Below the pieces are notes generated by a model, which searched no databases, was not told the origin of the DNA, and saw nothing but the letters and a program-made list of their open reading frames with translations. Shown one piece after another: positions 45,003 through 56,200 of a stretch of DNA of 64,000 nt (position 1 is its first letter; the number at the start of each line of letters is the position of its first letter). Both the position numbers and the translations under genes were made by a program. Source of the DNA: an uncultured delta proteobacterium (GTDB taxonomy: Bacteria; Desulfobacterota; Binatia; UBA9968); the NCBI GenBank assembly GCA_963847445.1, contig CAWJZV010000046.1:422564-486563 (forward strand). The letters run 5' to 3'.

Positions 45003-46082
45003 TTATGCCGCTTGCACCAGCGCCCGGTAATGTCCAGCCTTGGAGATCGGCGCCAATCCTTTGACGACGACCTTCCAGCTATCGCCGAGATCCTGGCTGC
45101 AGAGGATTTCGCCGGCGGTGGTCGCGGCGTAGATCTCGGTGGATGATCCCGCTTCTTCCAGACAGAACGCTTCGATGCTCGCTTGCAACCGGTCGGGGAG
45201 ACCGTTCTTCAATATTTCCCAACTGCGGCCGCCATCTTTGCTGCGCGAGATGCGCGCGCCGGCGAAGTGGGTGTGACGCCAGGTGCCCGGCGCGTCGTGG
45301 GCGGCGGTCATGAAAAGTAGTTTCGCATCGCTGGGGCGAAAGACGAAGCCGTCGGGGTAGCCGCCGATTTCGTCTTCTCTTTTGGTCCACTGCTCCCAGC
45401 GCGCGCCGCGCTCCGGGCCGGTGTAGAGGCCGCGGCCGGTGACGGCGTATAGGAAGCTCGTGTCGGTTGGATGAATCATCAAGCGATGCACGTCTTCGTA
45501 GAGGCCGGGAAATTCGTGCCAACTCTCGCCGCCGTCGGTGCTGCGCAACAAGCCGCCGACTTCGACCGATGCATAGATCGTATTCGGCTTGTCGGGATCG
45601 AAATTGATATGTTTGACATGGCCAACATGGGGCGGCGCCGGGAAGCTCCACTTGGGCACGCTCGGCACCGAACGCAGAGCGGGCAGTTCGCGCCATTTGA
45701 GACCCAAGTCTTCGCTGACGAAAAGATGCGCCGGCTCGGTGCCGGCGAAAAGGCGCACATGGCCGTGCATATTTTTCGCTGCCAGCGAGTAGACATTGTT
45801 TTGCGTCATGCCGTTGTTGCGCGCTTCCCAGCTTTTACCCTCGTCGGCGCTGACCATGACGCCGCCTTGAAACGCCCCGGCGAAGACCAGGCCGCTCTCC
45901 GGTTCTTTCATGATCGCGCTGATATGTTTGTCGGTGACGGCGCGCTGGCCGATGCGCCATGGCGCGCCCGGTGCGTCACGCTCGATGCTGACCGCGCCTT
46001 CGCGAGTGCCGACGAGGATTCGCTTTGAAGGTGTCGGCGATGAATATATGGTCGTGCCGCCGTGGGACAAACCGATGGTCAT
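45003..46082 (-). CDS. BNR/Asp-box beta-propeller protein (WD40/YVTN-like)
   Basis: Repeated S.D.G.SW boxes: SADEGKSW, SEDLGLKW, STDGGESW, SKDGGRSW, SQDLGDSW; AGGAGG RBS. Confidence 0.85.
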   Translation of the reverse strand: MTIGLSHGGTTIYSSPTPSKRILVGTREGAVSIERDAPGAPWRIGQRAVTDKHISAIMKEPESGLVFAGAFQGGVMVSADEGKSWEARNNGMTQNNVYSLAAKNMHGHVRLFAGTEPAHLFVSEDLGLKWRELPALRSVPSVPKWSFPAPPHVGHVKHINFDPDKPNTIYASVEVGGLLRSTDGGESWHEFPGLYEDVHRLMIHPTDTSFLYAVTGRGLYTGPERGARWEQWTKREDEIGGYPDGFVFRPSDAKLLFMTAAHDAPGTWRHTHFAGARISRSKDGGRSWEILKNGLPDRLQASIEAFCLEEAGSSTEIYAATTAGEILCSQDLGDSWKVVVKGLAPISKAGHYRALVQAA

Positions 46083-46353
46083 AGTTTTGTCCTCCTGATG
46101 ATTGGTTCTTGCGGCGCAATGATGCCACAGACAGCGCCCACCATTCCACCGCGCTGTTTTTCTGTCAAGGCGATAACCGCGCGGTTGCGGGCGTTGGCAT
46201 AGCCATTGTTTCAATGGCCGGATCAAATTCACTGCCCGTATCGGAGTAGGTTATCGGCTGAACGGCTTGACGGGAAGGTTAGCGAGCTATAAACGATTGA
46301 TCTACGGCAAATGGCAATTGGCCGCTACACCGAACGGGATTGTCGGAGGATTT

Positions 46354-47382
46354 TTGCGACGCCTTGGGCTATCGATATGGATTATTTGTTGGCTTGGCGC
46401 AGGGGCACAGGCGCAGAGCAACTTCTACGAAGACAAAACCATTCGCCTGGTCATCGGCTTTTCCGCCGGCGGCATCAGCGATCTGTGGGGGCGGGCGCTG
46501 TCGCGAGCGATGAGCCAGCATATTCCCGGCAAACCGCAGATCATTCTCCAAAACATGCCCGGCGCCGGTTCCCTGACGGCGGCGAATTATCTCTATAGCG
46601 TCGCCAAACCGGACGGTTTGACCATGGGTTTTTTCACGCCAGGGCTGTTTTTCAATCAACTGATCGGTGCCAAGGAAGTGCAGTTCGATTGGGCCAAGTT
46701 CGTTTGGCTCGGCTCGCCGGAACAGACCCAGCGGATTATTTACATTCGCGGCGATTCGCCGTTTAAAACCATCGAGGACATGCGCGGCGCCGCCGAGGGG
46801 CCGCGCTGCGGCGCCACGGCGCTGGGCACGGTGGGACATTACTTCCCGCGCTTGGTTGAAGAAGCGTTAGGGGTGAAATTCAATCTCGTCCTCGGCTATC
46901 CCGGCGCGGCGGAAATCGATCTGGCGATTCAAAAGAACGAAGTGCAGTGCCGCGCCGGCAGTTTGGAAGGCTACTTCGGCAGCGAGCCGAGCAAGAGCTG
47001 GGCGAAGAACGGCTTTGCCCGGGTGCTGATCACCGGCGGCGCCAAGCGCGATGCGCGGATTGCCGACGTCGCGACGCTTCATGAATTGATGGACAAACGC
47101 AAAGCGCCGGATGTCACGCGCCGATTGGCGACGGTCTTGCTTTCGCCGGACTACATCGGCCGGCCGCTGGCGACGACGCCGGGCGTGCCCGCCGACCGGG
47201 TGAAGCTCTTGCGCGACGCCTTCAACAAGGCGCTGACTGCGCCGGAGTTAGTCGCCGAAGCAAAGACCCGCGGTTGGGAACTCGAACCGGTGACCGGCGA
47301 GGAATTGGAAACCATCGGCAAACGCGTCATGACCCAGCCAGCCGACGTGATCGAGCGCATGAAAAAGATATTGGGACAGTAG
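46354..47382 (+). CDS. Tripartite tricarboxylate transporter substrate-binding protein (TctC/Bug)
   Basis: GGAGGA RBS then TTG; FYEDKTIRLVIGFSAGG, QNMPGAGS, KPDGLT, GRPLATTPGVPADRV. Confidence 0.9.
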   Translation: MRRLGLSIWIICWLGAGAQAQSNFYEDKTIRLVIGFSAGGISDLWGRALSRAMSQHIPGKPQIILQNMPGAGSLTAANYLYSVAKPDGLTMGFFTPGLFFNQLIGAKEVQFDWAKFVWLGSPEQTQRIIYIRGDSPFKTIEDMRGAAEGPRCGATALGTVGHYFPRLVEEALGVKFNLVLGYPGAAEIDLAIQKNEVQCRAGSLEGYFGSEPSKSWAKNGFARVLITGGAKRDARIADVATLHELMDKRKAPDVTRRLATVLLSPDYIGRPLATTPGVPADRVKLLRDAFNKALTAPELVAEAKTRGWELEPVTGEELETIGKRVMTQPADVIERMKKILGQ

Positions 47383-47593
47383 GAAAAAGAATTTAACCAC
47401 AAAGAGCACAAAGGGCACAAAAAGTAGATTGGCTCGAATGCGACGGCGCTCGGACGTCGCCTACTGAGTCGTTGAGCGCATGCAAAAATACGTCCAACCT
47501 GCGCGAAGAGTTGGCGATCCCTATCCGAGACGGCTTCTCACCTTTGCGATCTCTGTGCTACTTTGCGGTTAAATATCCGGAGGAATTATTTCA

Positions 47594-48817
47594 ATGTACA
47601 AAACCACCAAAGAAGAAAATGAAATTCTCACCCGCACCGGCAAGGGCACGCCGATGGGGGAGTTTTTGCGGCGCTATTGGTGGCCCGTCGGGATTTCCGC
47701 GCATTTGAAAATCAAGCCGACGTTCATTCGCGTGTTCGGCGAAGATTTAGTCCTGTTTCGCGACGGCAACGGCAAAGCCGGCGTCATCGGCGCCTACTGC
47801 GCGCACCGGCGGGCGAATTTATGTCTCGGCGATGTCGAGAAGGACGGCGTGCGCTGCCGTTATCACGGCTGGTTGTACGACCGCGACGGCCGCTGCCGGC
47901 AGATTCCCGGCGAGCCGCCCAACAGCGAGTTGAAAAAAGAGTCGATCCGCCTGCCGGCCTATCCCGTCGAAGAACTCGGCGGTCTGATCTTCGCTTACTT
48001 TGGACCGCAGCCGGCGCCGTTGGTGCCGCGCTATAATTTCCTCGTCGGCGACGGCGAAGTTTATATTACGATCCAAGGCATACAGAATTGCAATTGGCTG
48101 CAGTGCGTCGAGAATGGCATGGACCCGGTGCATCCGAGTTTCACCCATGGCGGCGCTTGGCCGGATATCATGAGCAGCGAGCCGGAGCTGGGCTTTCACG
48201 AAACCGAATGGGGCATGGTTTACAAAGCCTATCGCAATACTAAAGAGCCGGGCCTGCTCAACTACCGCGAGCATCACTTGCTCATGCCCGGGGTCAGTTG
48301 CGGCGGCAGCGGCGGGCGCTATTTGTCCGGTCAGAACGCCAACACGCCGGTGTCGGCGGCGCGTTGGAGCGTGCCCATCGACGACACCCACACGTTGCTC
48401 ATGCGCGTGCGCTTCAAGCCGTCGGACAATCCCGGCAAGTATGAAGGCGATCCGTTCAGCAAGCGTTGGAAGCCGCCGCAGCAGTTCATCGTGCCCTACA
48501 AAGAATATATGGATTCCGACAATCCCGAGCTCGGCTATCCGATCCCGCCGCTGCATTTCATCGAGGACGGCATGGTGGTCGACAGCATGCCGCCGATCGC
48601 CGACCGCGAAAATGAAAATCTCGGCCCGGCCATCGACGACGGCATTATTAAATTGCGCCAGATGTATTTGCGCGAGATCGACAAGGTAAAGCGCGGCGAG
48701 GATCCGCGATGCATCGTGCGCGACCCGGCAAAGAATAAAATGATCGTCATCCCCGCTTACGAAAAATGGGTGCCGGAGAGCGAGCGCAACCTGGGAATAA
48801 CCGCGACGGTGGGATAA
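47594..48817 (+). CDS. Rieske non-heme iron oxygenase alpha subunit (phthalate 4,5-dioxygenase/LigXa-like)
   Basis: GTPMGEFLRRYWWP, CAHR...CRYHGW Rieske motif, NWLQCVENGMDPVHPSFTH. Confidence 0.92.
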   Translation: MYKTTKEENEILTRTGKGTPMGEFLRRYWWPVGISAHLKIKPTFIRVFGEDLVLFRDGNGKAGVIGAYCAHRRANLCLGDVEKDGVRCRYHGWLYDRDGRCRQIPGEPPNSELKKESIRLPAYPVEELGGLIFAYFGPQPAPLVPRYNFLVGDGEVYITIQGIQNCNWLQCVENGMDPVHPSFTHGGAWPDIMSSEPELGFHETEWGMVYKAYRNTKEPGLLNYREHHLLMPGVSCGGSGGRYLSGQNANTPVSAARWSVPIDDTHTLLMRVRFKPSDNPGKYEGDPFSKRWKPPQQFIVPYKEYMDSDNPELGYPIPPLHFIEDGMVVDSMPPIADRENENLGPAIDDGIIKLRQMYLREIDKVKRGEDPRCIVRDPAKNKMIVIPAYEKWVPESERNLGITATVG

Positions 48818-48895
48818 GCGGGATTGGCCGCACCCTTCGACAAGTCTCAGGGCGATCGGCAAGCGCAACGGGCAGCAGAGTTAGGATAGGGATGA

Positions 48896-48976
48896 TTCAC
48901 CACGAAGGCACGAAGACACGAAGTTCGGAAAATCGATATGTCCGAAACTTCGTGCTCTTCGCGTCTTCGTGGTGAA
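48896..48976. repeat. Inverted CACGAAG-type repeat pair forming a long hairpin
   Basis: TTCACCACGAAGGCACGAAGACACGAAG...CTTCGTGCTCTTCGCGTCTTCGTGGTGAA; related copies near 47395-47571 and 53110-53188. Confidence 0.8.
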
Positions 48977-49006
48977 AAGCGAGCTTCATATTACGCTGGA
49001 GGGGTT

Positions 49007-49327
49007 ATGGCGATACATGTAGTGAATGAAAATGATGTCGAGCAGGTCAAGAGCGGGCGCGGCTTTACCAAGTGGCTGCATGTCTCGCCGGGTGGAAGCG
49101 GACCGGAGATGATGATCCGCCACTGGGGGCCGGACACCGATATTCCGGTGCACAGTCATCCATATCATGAAATGTTTTATGTGCTCGAAGGCGAGATCGA
49201 GGTCGGCGGCACGACCTATTCCGCCGGCTCGTGCATCTACATCGAAAAAGACACGCCCTACGGGCCGACGCGCGCGCCCAAGGGCGGCAAGGTGCTGCGT
49301 TATGCCGAAGCCGGCATTGGCAAATAG
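49007..49327 (+). CDS. Cupin-domain protein
   Basis: PVHSHPYHEMFYVLEGEI, GSCIYIEKDTPYGP. Confidence 0.85.
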   Translation: MAIHVVNENDVEQVKSGRGFTKWLHVSPGGSGPEMMIRHWGPDTDIPVHSHPYHEMFYVLEGEIEVGGTTYSAGSCIYIEKDTPYGPTRAPKGGKVLRYAEAGIGK

Positions 49328-50136
49328 CGTGGAAGCTTACATCGATGCCGACGGGCTGAAAACATTCTACGTCAAGGCCGGCAGCGGCTTTCCCGTGGTG
49401 TTGTTTCATGGCGCGGCGCCGGGCGCATCGGCTCAGGTCAATTGGCAGTTGAATATTGAACCGCTGGCCGCCGCCGGATTCACCGTCTACGCCTACGATC
49501 AAGCGGGGTACGGCCGCAGTGACAATCCCGCCGATCTGTCCATCGAATATCGCGTCACCCATGCCAAGGCGTTCGTCGATGCCGTGAAACTCGATCGTTA
49601 CCACGTCATCGGCAACTCCGTCGGCGGTTATATCGCCGCGCGCTTGGCCCTCGAAGATTCTCGCGTCGGCAGGTTCGTCACCACGACTAGCGGCACCTTG
49701 GCGCCGAAAGGATCGGCCGCAGTCCCAAGCCTTGGGGCAGAAACATTCCGAAGAGCTGCGCGAGTATGTGCCGAGTCTGGAAAACATGCGCGCGCTGACG
49801 CTGGGCACGCTGCACCGCAAAGAGCTGGTCACCGAGGAGTTGGTGCGAGCGCGTTACGAGATGAGCATCGGCAAGAATCAAGCAGCGGCGCAAGCGCGCC
49901 AAGGCGTCAAACCGCCGCGCTCGCTCACCGACGAACTGCCCAAGCTCAAAACCAAGACGTTGCTTTTGTGGGGCAACCAAGACCGCGGTGTTTCAGTCGA
50001 ACGCGGCCTGTTGCTGTTTCAACTGATTGCCAACGCGGAGTTTCACTTGTTCGACCAGTGCGCCCACTGGGTGCAGTGGGATCAAGCCGACCGTTTCAAC
50101 CGGCTGGTGAGTGGATTTCTTGCCGGCGACCGGTGA
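49302..50136 (+). CDS. Alpha/beta hydrolase, MhpC/BphD-like (frameshift near 49725)
   Basis: FHGAAPGAS..NW, GYGRSD, GNSVGG nucleophile elbow, WGNQD, CAHWVQWD. Confidence 0.85.
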
Positions 50137-50179
50137 AGGCGGCGTGACCCCGCGCGGAGTTCGTGAAAGTAAAAGTACC

Positions 50180-50581
50180 ATGCTAACCAGGCTACAAGCC
50201 AAGGAGTTGATTCTGGCGCGTCTAAGTTCCGGCGTTGCGTCCGCCGAGCTTTCAGTCGTCGAGTGTGCCGGCGCGGAACGCGCTTTCGGTTGGGTTTTTC
50301 AAGTGAGCGGAGGCCATGCCGCAACCGGCGCAACCCTGCCGCGGCTGGTGATCGTCAATAAGACTTCCGGACAAGTGGTCGCGAGCCGCACCGAGTATGA
50401 AGTCGAGCAGTTTGTCAGACTTTATGAAAAGTTGTTGTCGCAAAACCAAGCGCGCAGTCAGGGCTGGTGCGGCACTCTGCCGCTGCCTTTCCCATGGTCG
50501 CTGTGGCGCAAACGGACGGTTGCGGAGCGCGCCAAGGATGGCGGTTTCTATGAAATCGGCGGTAAGGAGGGCGAGCCATGA
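50180..50581 (+). CDS. Hypothetical protein, YrhB/Imm35-like N-terminal pattern
   Basis: MLT..QAKELI..L, ERAFGWVF, VIVNKTSGQV; overlaps next start codon. Confidence 0.5.
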   Translation: MLTRLQAKELILARLSSGVASAELSVVECAGAERAFGWVFQVSGGHAATGATLPRLVIVNKTSGQVVASRTEYEVEQFVRLYEKLLSQNQARSQGWCGTLPLPFPWSLWRKRTVAERAKDGGFYEIGGKEGEP

Positions 50582-51579
50582 ATCGACGGTTGATCGCGTG
50601 CGGGGTTATCTCGGCTTGGATGTTTCTGGCGGCGGCTGTCGGAGCCCAAGATAAGAAGCTCGAAAGGCTGCGCATCGGCGGCGGCTCGGCGTCGTCGACG
50701 CAGATGTCGCTGTGGTTCGCCAAGGAAGGCAACTTCTATGATAAGCATGGCCTCAACGTCGAGGCGATCAGCATCCCTGGCAGCTCGCTGGCGCTGCAGG
50801 CGATGCTCTCCGGGGAACTGCCGATCATCCAGCTGGGCGGCGCCGCCTCGATCCAGGCCAACCTCGCCGGCGCCGATACGGTGATCATCGCGACCATCGT
50901 CAAGAAATTTCTCTTCTGGGTTTACGCCGTGCCGGGCATCAACCGGATGGAAGACCTCAAGGGCAAGGTTTTCGGCGTCACTCGCTTCGGCACGCTTTCG
51001 GATCTCGCCTCGCGCATCGCTCTGCGCGCCCATGGTGTCGAGCCGGACCGAGACGTGACCATGGTCCAAACCGGCGGTCCGGCGGAAGGTCTGTCGGCAA
51101 TGGCTGCGGGGAAGGTCACCGCCGCTGCGCTGACGCCGCCGGGGACGCTTGCAGGCGCGCAAACTGAAATTCAAACTGCTCTTCGACATGACCAAGCTCG
51201 ATGCCGAGTATCACATCAACGGCGTGCTGACGACGCGGAGATATTTGCGCAGCAACGAGGACACGGTGCGGCGTTTTCTCCGAGCTTACATCGAAGGAGC
51301 GGCGCGCGCGCCAGAAGGACAAGAACTTCGCCTTCAAGGTCATGGGCAAATATTTTCGCACCGACGACAAAGAGATCTTGGAAGAAAGCTACGACACGAC
51401 GATCCGGACCAATTTCGCGATACCGCCTCATCCTTCAATGCCCGGCGTAGCGAGCTTGATCCAAGAGTTGGAGAAACTGAATCCCAAGGCCAAGGGCGCC
51501 AAGCCGGAGGAGTTCGCCGATGGCCGGCTGGTGCGCGAGATCGAGCAGATCCGGATTTATAAAAGCGCTACAGCAGTAG
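50578..51579 (+). CDS. ABC substrate-binding protein, NitT/TauT (NMT1/SsuA) family (several frameshifts)
   Basis: WFAKEGNFYDKHGLNVE, DLKGKVFGVTRFGT, VRRFLRAYIEG, NPKAKGAKPEEF. Confidence 0.85.
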
Positions 51580-51582
51580 CGC

Positions 51583-51712
51583 CGTTCAAATCGTTCAAAA
51601 CGTTCAAGCCGTTCAAACCCACCTTCTTCGTCGCCCCCGCGTCGCGGGGGAGGATGAGGTGGGGGATTGAACGGAGCGCAGCGGTTGAACGGCTTGAACG
51701 TTTTGAACGAGT
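51583..51712. repeat. Inverted arrays of 9-bp TTGAACnnn units enclosing a CCCCGCGTCGCGGGG hairpin
   Basis: GTTCAAATCGTTCAAAACGTTCAAGCCGTTCAAA ... TTGAACGGCTTGAACGTTTTGAACG between convergent stops. Confidence 0.8.
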
Positions 51713-51714
51713 TC

Positions 51715-52753
51715 TTACAGCTTGTAGAACCGCTTGGCGTTGTCGTAGATGATTTTCTTCTTCGCCGCCGGGCTCAGGTCTTTGCGCGCGAAGTGTTCTT
51801 TGACCAGCTTTTTCATGTCGGTGCGGGTCGCTTCGTGGGGGAAGTCGGAGGCCCAGAGCAGGCAGTCGTCGCCGAGCAGCTCGACATCGCGTTTGGTCGT
51901 GACTTCCTCGCCGCATTGAAAATAAAGCTGCTGGCGCGCCAACAGTTCGCTCGGCAGCACCGGCCGCTCGGCCGGCGCGACCCGTTGCGAGGCGATCTTC
52001 GATCTTGCTGATCAAGTAGGGCGTCCAGCCGCAGCCGGCTTCGAGAAAACCGAGGCGCAGCTTTTTCAGTTTGTTCATCACGCCGGAGAACATGATGTTG
52101 GTGAACTGGCGCATCTGCGGGATGACATGGGTCAGCGTCGCCGCTTCATTGGGCACCAGATAGCGGTCGTTGTCGCGCAGCGAGTTGCACGAATGGACCG
52201 ACAGCGTGCAGCCGAGCCGGTCGGCCTCCTCGTAAGACCGGCCAGTACTGCTTGTGGCCGAGGGGCAGCTGCAAGCCGTCGGCGGGGAGAATGCCGCCGA
52301 CCATGCCATAGCGTTTCACCGCCCGCCGCAGTTCCTTGACCGCGGCTTTTGGCTCCTGCATCGGTAACAGCGCCATGCCGCGGAAGCGCCGGTCGTGGAT
52401 CAGGAAACGATCGTTGCAGATAATCGTTGTAGGCGCGGCACAGTTCGACGGCGTAGGTCGGATTGCCGATCTGGCCGACATGCATGAAGCGGGTCGGATA
52501 GAGCACGGTCAATTCGAAAGTGACCTTCATCGAGTTTGTCGACCCACTCGCGCCAGTCGGGCACGCGGAAATCCGACGGGCGAAAATCATTGGCGGGTAT
52601 CGAACGATGCCAGCCATGATGCGGCGTCAGCGGGAAATACAGCATGGCGTCGCGCCGGTTGCGGTAGCCGGCGGACATATATTCGATGATTTCCTCGTCG
52701 GTCTCGCGCACATGGCCGTCGGCGTCGATGATCCGCGTTGCATTGGTTTTCAT
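51715..52753 (-). CDS. Amidohydrolase family 2 protein (multiple frameshifts)
   Basis: IIDADGHVRE, VLYPT, CRAYND, FLEAGCGW, LWASDFPHE, DNAKRFYKL. Confidence 0.85.
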
Positions 52754-52856
52754 GCTGCCTCCACGAAATTGTTCAGAGATTTTGTCGCATGCGCTACGAT
52801 GAGTTGTCAATTGAAAGTTGGTATTCGACTGCGACGACATGAAGGGACGAGCGCAT

Positions 52857-53188
52857 CTCACCACGAAGGTCCTAGCGCAGCGAAGCCGCAACCGAATTTC
52901 GCAATATCTCGCGCAAAGCACGCAAAGGCCGCAAAGGAAGAACGTTGTCATTTCGAACGGAGAGAGAAATCCTTCTTAGATCTTTTGCATTCGCTCGGGA
53001 TGACAGGCCTCTGGCCTGTCACTTCGCGACCTTGGCGGCCTTGGCGCGAGGAATATCCGAATCCAAGGGGTCTCGGCTCTCGGACAATTTGCGCAAGCCG
53101 CGCAAATTATCACGGGAGTAGTACGAAGAGCACGAAGTTCGGAACATTGTTATCCTAACCCTTCGTGTCCTTCGTGTCTTCGTGGTGA
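52857..53188. repeat. Stack of nested intergenic palindromic repeats
   Basis: CTCGCGCAAAGCACGCAAAGGCCGCAAAG / CTTGGCGGCCTTGGCGCGAG pair enclosing TGTCATTTCGAA...GGGATGACA; followed by a CACGAAG pair. Confidence 0.75.
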
Positions 53189-53278
53189 AACAGTCTCTTT
53201 CAGTTGGCAGCCAGAGCTCTTTAATCCAAATATGCTGCCAGTCCTTGGTTTCGCACCGCTAATCATAGACTTCTCTCG

Positions 53279-56200
53279 ATGCGTACGTTAACCTTATCAG
53301 TTCGAAATGGGATATCTGACCGACGAACTCGAGGCGAGACCGCGCCGATAACGCAGAAGCGCGGGCGCACTTATTTTGCCCATGGCGCGGTGCGTCTGCT
53401 CGACGCCGGCGATAGCAGTGTCAGCGCCCGAGTGCAGGGATCGCAGGTTTATCGCGTGAATTTGGCGGTCGCCGACGGCTTTCTCGACTACTCTTGCACC
53501 TGCCCGTTTTTCACCGGCGATCTTAATGCCTGCAAACATATCTGGGCGACCGCGATGGCGGCCGAGCTGCGCGGTTGTCTGAAAAAAATTCTCGATTCCG
53601 ACGACCATCGCAGTGGCCGCAGTTCCAGCGATCAGCCGGCGGCCACGGCGGCGCGCCGGACGCGTCCGGCAAAAGCGCAGGCGCCGAGTTGGAAGCAGCA
53701 GCTGCAAACCCTTCGTCACGCTTTGACGCCGGCGGTGTCGCCGTTCAACGACCGGCCGGCGCCGGAGCGCCAACTGTTTTATCTGATCGATGCCGATTAC
53801 ACCCTGAGCCGGCAAAAATTGACCCTCGAAGTCGCCCGCCGCGAGCGCAAGAACAACGGCGAATGGGGCAAGCTCAAAAGCCAACGGCTCTACTCGCGCG
53901 AGCTCGACGCCCTGACCGATCCGGCGGATCGGCGCATCACCGCCATGCTGTTCGGCGCGCGCCAGGACTTGGGCTACAGCTATTCGTCCTACTACGATTC
54001 CGCGCCGTCGTTGTTCGCCGTGCCGGAAAATTTGTGGGAACTGGCGCTGCCGCTGATGTGCCAGACTGGACGTTGTCTGTTGCGCAGTCCGAAGTTGGAC
54101 GATGCGACGCCGCTCGGCTGGGATGACGGCCCGGCTTGGGAGCTTTGTCTGACGGTGGAGCGTGAAACCGACAGCGCGCGCTATCGGCTCGCCGGTTCGC
54201 TGCGCCGTGGCGGGGAAGTGTTGGATTTGTCGCAGCCGGTCTTGCTGCTCGCCGGCGGTTTGGTGTTTTACGATGGCCGCATCGCGCGCTTGAACGATCA
54301 CGGCGCTTTTGCCTGGGTCGCGGTCCTGCGCGCGCCGTCGCCGCTGACTTTCGCGGTGGAAGACAGCGAGGTCTTTCTCGACGAGCTGGTAGCGATCCCC
54401 AATCGGCCGCGCTTGGAGTTGCCGGCCGAATTGCAGTTCGAAACCGTCGCCGGCGCGCCGCAGCCGCGGCTATTGTTAAAACCCGGTAAACAAAATAATT
54501 GGAGCCGCGAGCGGCTCACCGCGGAACTGTCCTTCGACTATGACGGCTCGGTGGTGCCGCACCAGCATCGCGGCGGCGGCTTTTATCAGAAGGAGCAGCG
54601 CCGCTTGGTGACCCGCGATCTTGGCGCCGAGGACAGGGCGCGCGCCCGGCTCAAGCAATTGGGCTTTCGCAAAGGCTGGGAATACGAGCGCGCCGACCTG
54701 CAGCTTGCGCCCGACCAGCTTTCCCGAGTGGTGCGGGTGTTGTCCGCCGAAGGTTGGCATATCCATGCTCAGGGTAGCCTTTACCGCACCGCCGGCGCGC
54801 TCACCATGCAAGTGAACTCCAGCGTCGATTGGTTCGGCGTCGACGGCGCCGCTGAGTTCGGCGATAGCCGGGTCGGCTTGCCGCGCTTGTTGCGGGCGAT
54901 CAAGCAGGGCGAGCAGACGGTGCGGCTGGACGACGGTTCACTCGGCATCATTCCCGAAGAGTGGATGAAGAAATACGGCATGCTCGCCGGTCTCGGTACT
55001 TTCGAAGGCGACGGCATGCGCTTCAAGCGCTCCCAAGCCGGCCTGCTCGATGCGCTCTTGGCGAGCGAACCGGCGGTTTCCTTCGACGCCGTGTTCGAGC
55101 GGGTGCGCCAAGAGCTGCGCGATTTTTCCGGCGTGGCGGCGGTGGCGCCCGCCGGCGAGTTTCACGGCGAGCTGCGCCACTATCAGCTCGAAGGTTTGGG
55201 CTGGCTGCACTTTCTCCAGCGCTTCGGTTTTGGCGGCTGCCTGGCCGACGACATGGGCTTGGGCAAAACCATTCAGGTCCTAGCGCTGCTCGAAGCGCGC
55301 CGGGTACTGCGCCGCAACGACCCGGAAAACTCGCCGCCGCCGGCCTTGGTGGTGGTGCCGCGCTCGCTGATATTTCATTGGAAACAGGAGTCGGCGCGCT
55401 TCACGCCCAAGCTGCGCATTCTCGACCACACCGGCGTCGCAAGGCTTGAACCCGGCGATCATTTCGACAATTACGACGTAGTTTTGACGACCTACGGCAC
55501 GCTGCGCAGCGACGCCGTGCGGTTCAAAGATATTCGCTTCGATTATTGCATTCTCGACGAAGCGCAAGCGATCAAGAACGCCAGCACGCTGGCGGCCAAA
55601 GCGGTGCGCTTGCTCAAGGCCGATCACCGTTTGGCGATGAGCGGCACGCCGGTGGAAAATCACCTGGGCGAGCTGTGGAGCCTTTTCGAATTTCTCAATC
55701 CCGGCATGCTTGGCACTGCCGCGGTGTTTGGCCGCGCCGGCAAGAATCCCGACGACAATACCCGCCAAGTGCTGGGCAAGGCGCTGCGGCCGTTCATTCT
55801 GCGCCGCACCAAAGCGCAAGTCGCCCCCGAGCTGCCGGAGAAAACCGAGCAGACGATCTATTGCGACCTCGAAGGCAACGACAAGAAGCTCTACGACGAG
55901 CTGCGCGATTACTACCGGGCGCGGCTTTTGCAGAACGGCGCCGGCGAAAATTCGGGGCAGTATAAAATCCAAGTGCTCGAAGCGCTCCTGCGGCTGCGCC
56001 AAGCGGCCTGCCATCCGGGGCTGATCGATAAGAGAAAAATCGCCGAACCCAGCGCCAAAGTCGACACGCTGTTGGCCCAGCTCGATCAGGTGCTCGAGGA
56101 GAATCACAAGGCGCTGGTGTTCTCGCAATTCACCAGCCTGCTGGCGATCGTGCGCAGCCGCCTGGATAAGCAAAACATTCCCTACGTCTATCTCGACGGC

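Noticed and set aside
46195-46210. Possible sigma54 site TGGCATAGCCATTGT
   Set aside because: The -12 element is TTGT rather than TTGC, and a TTGACG/TATAAA sigma70-like pair lies closer to the gene.
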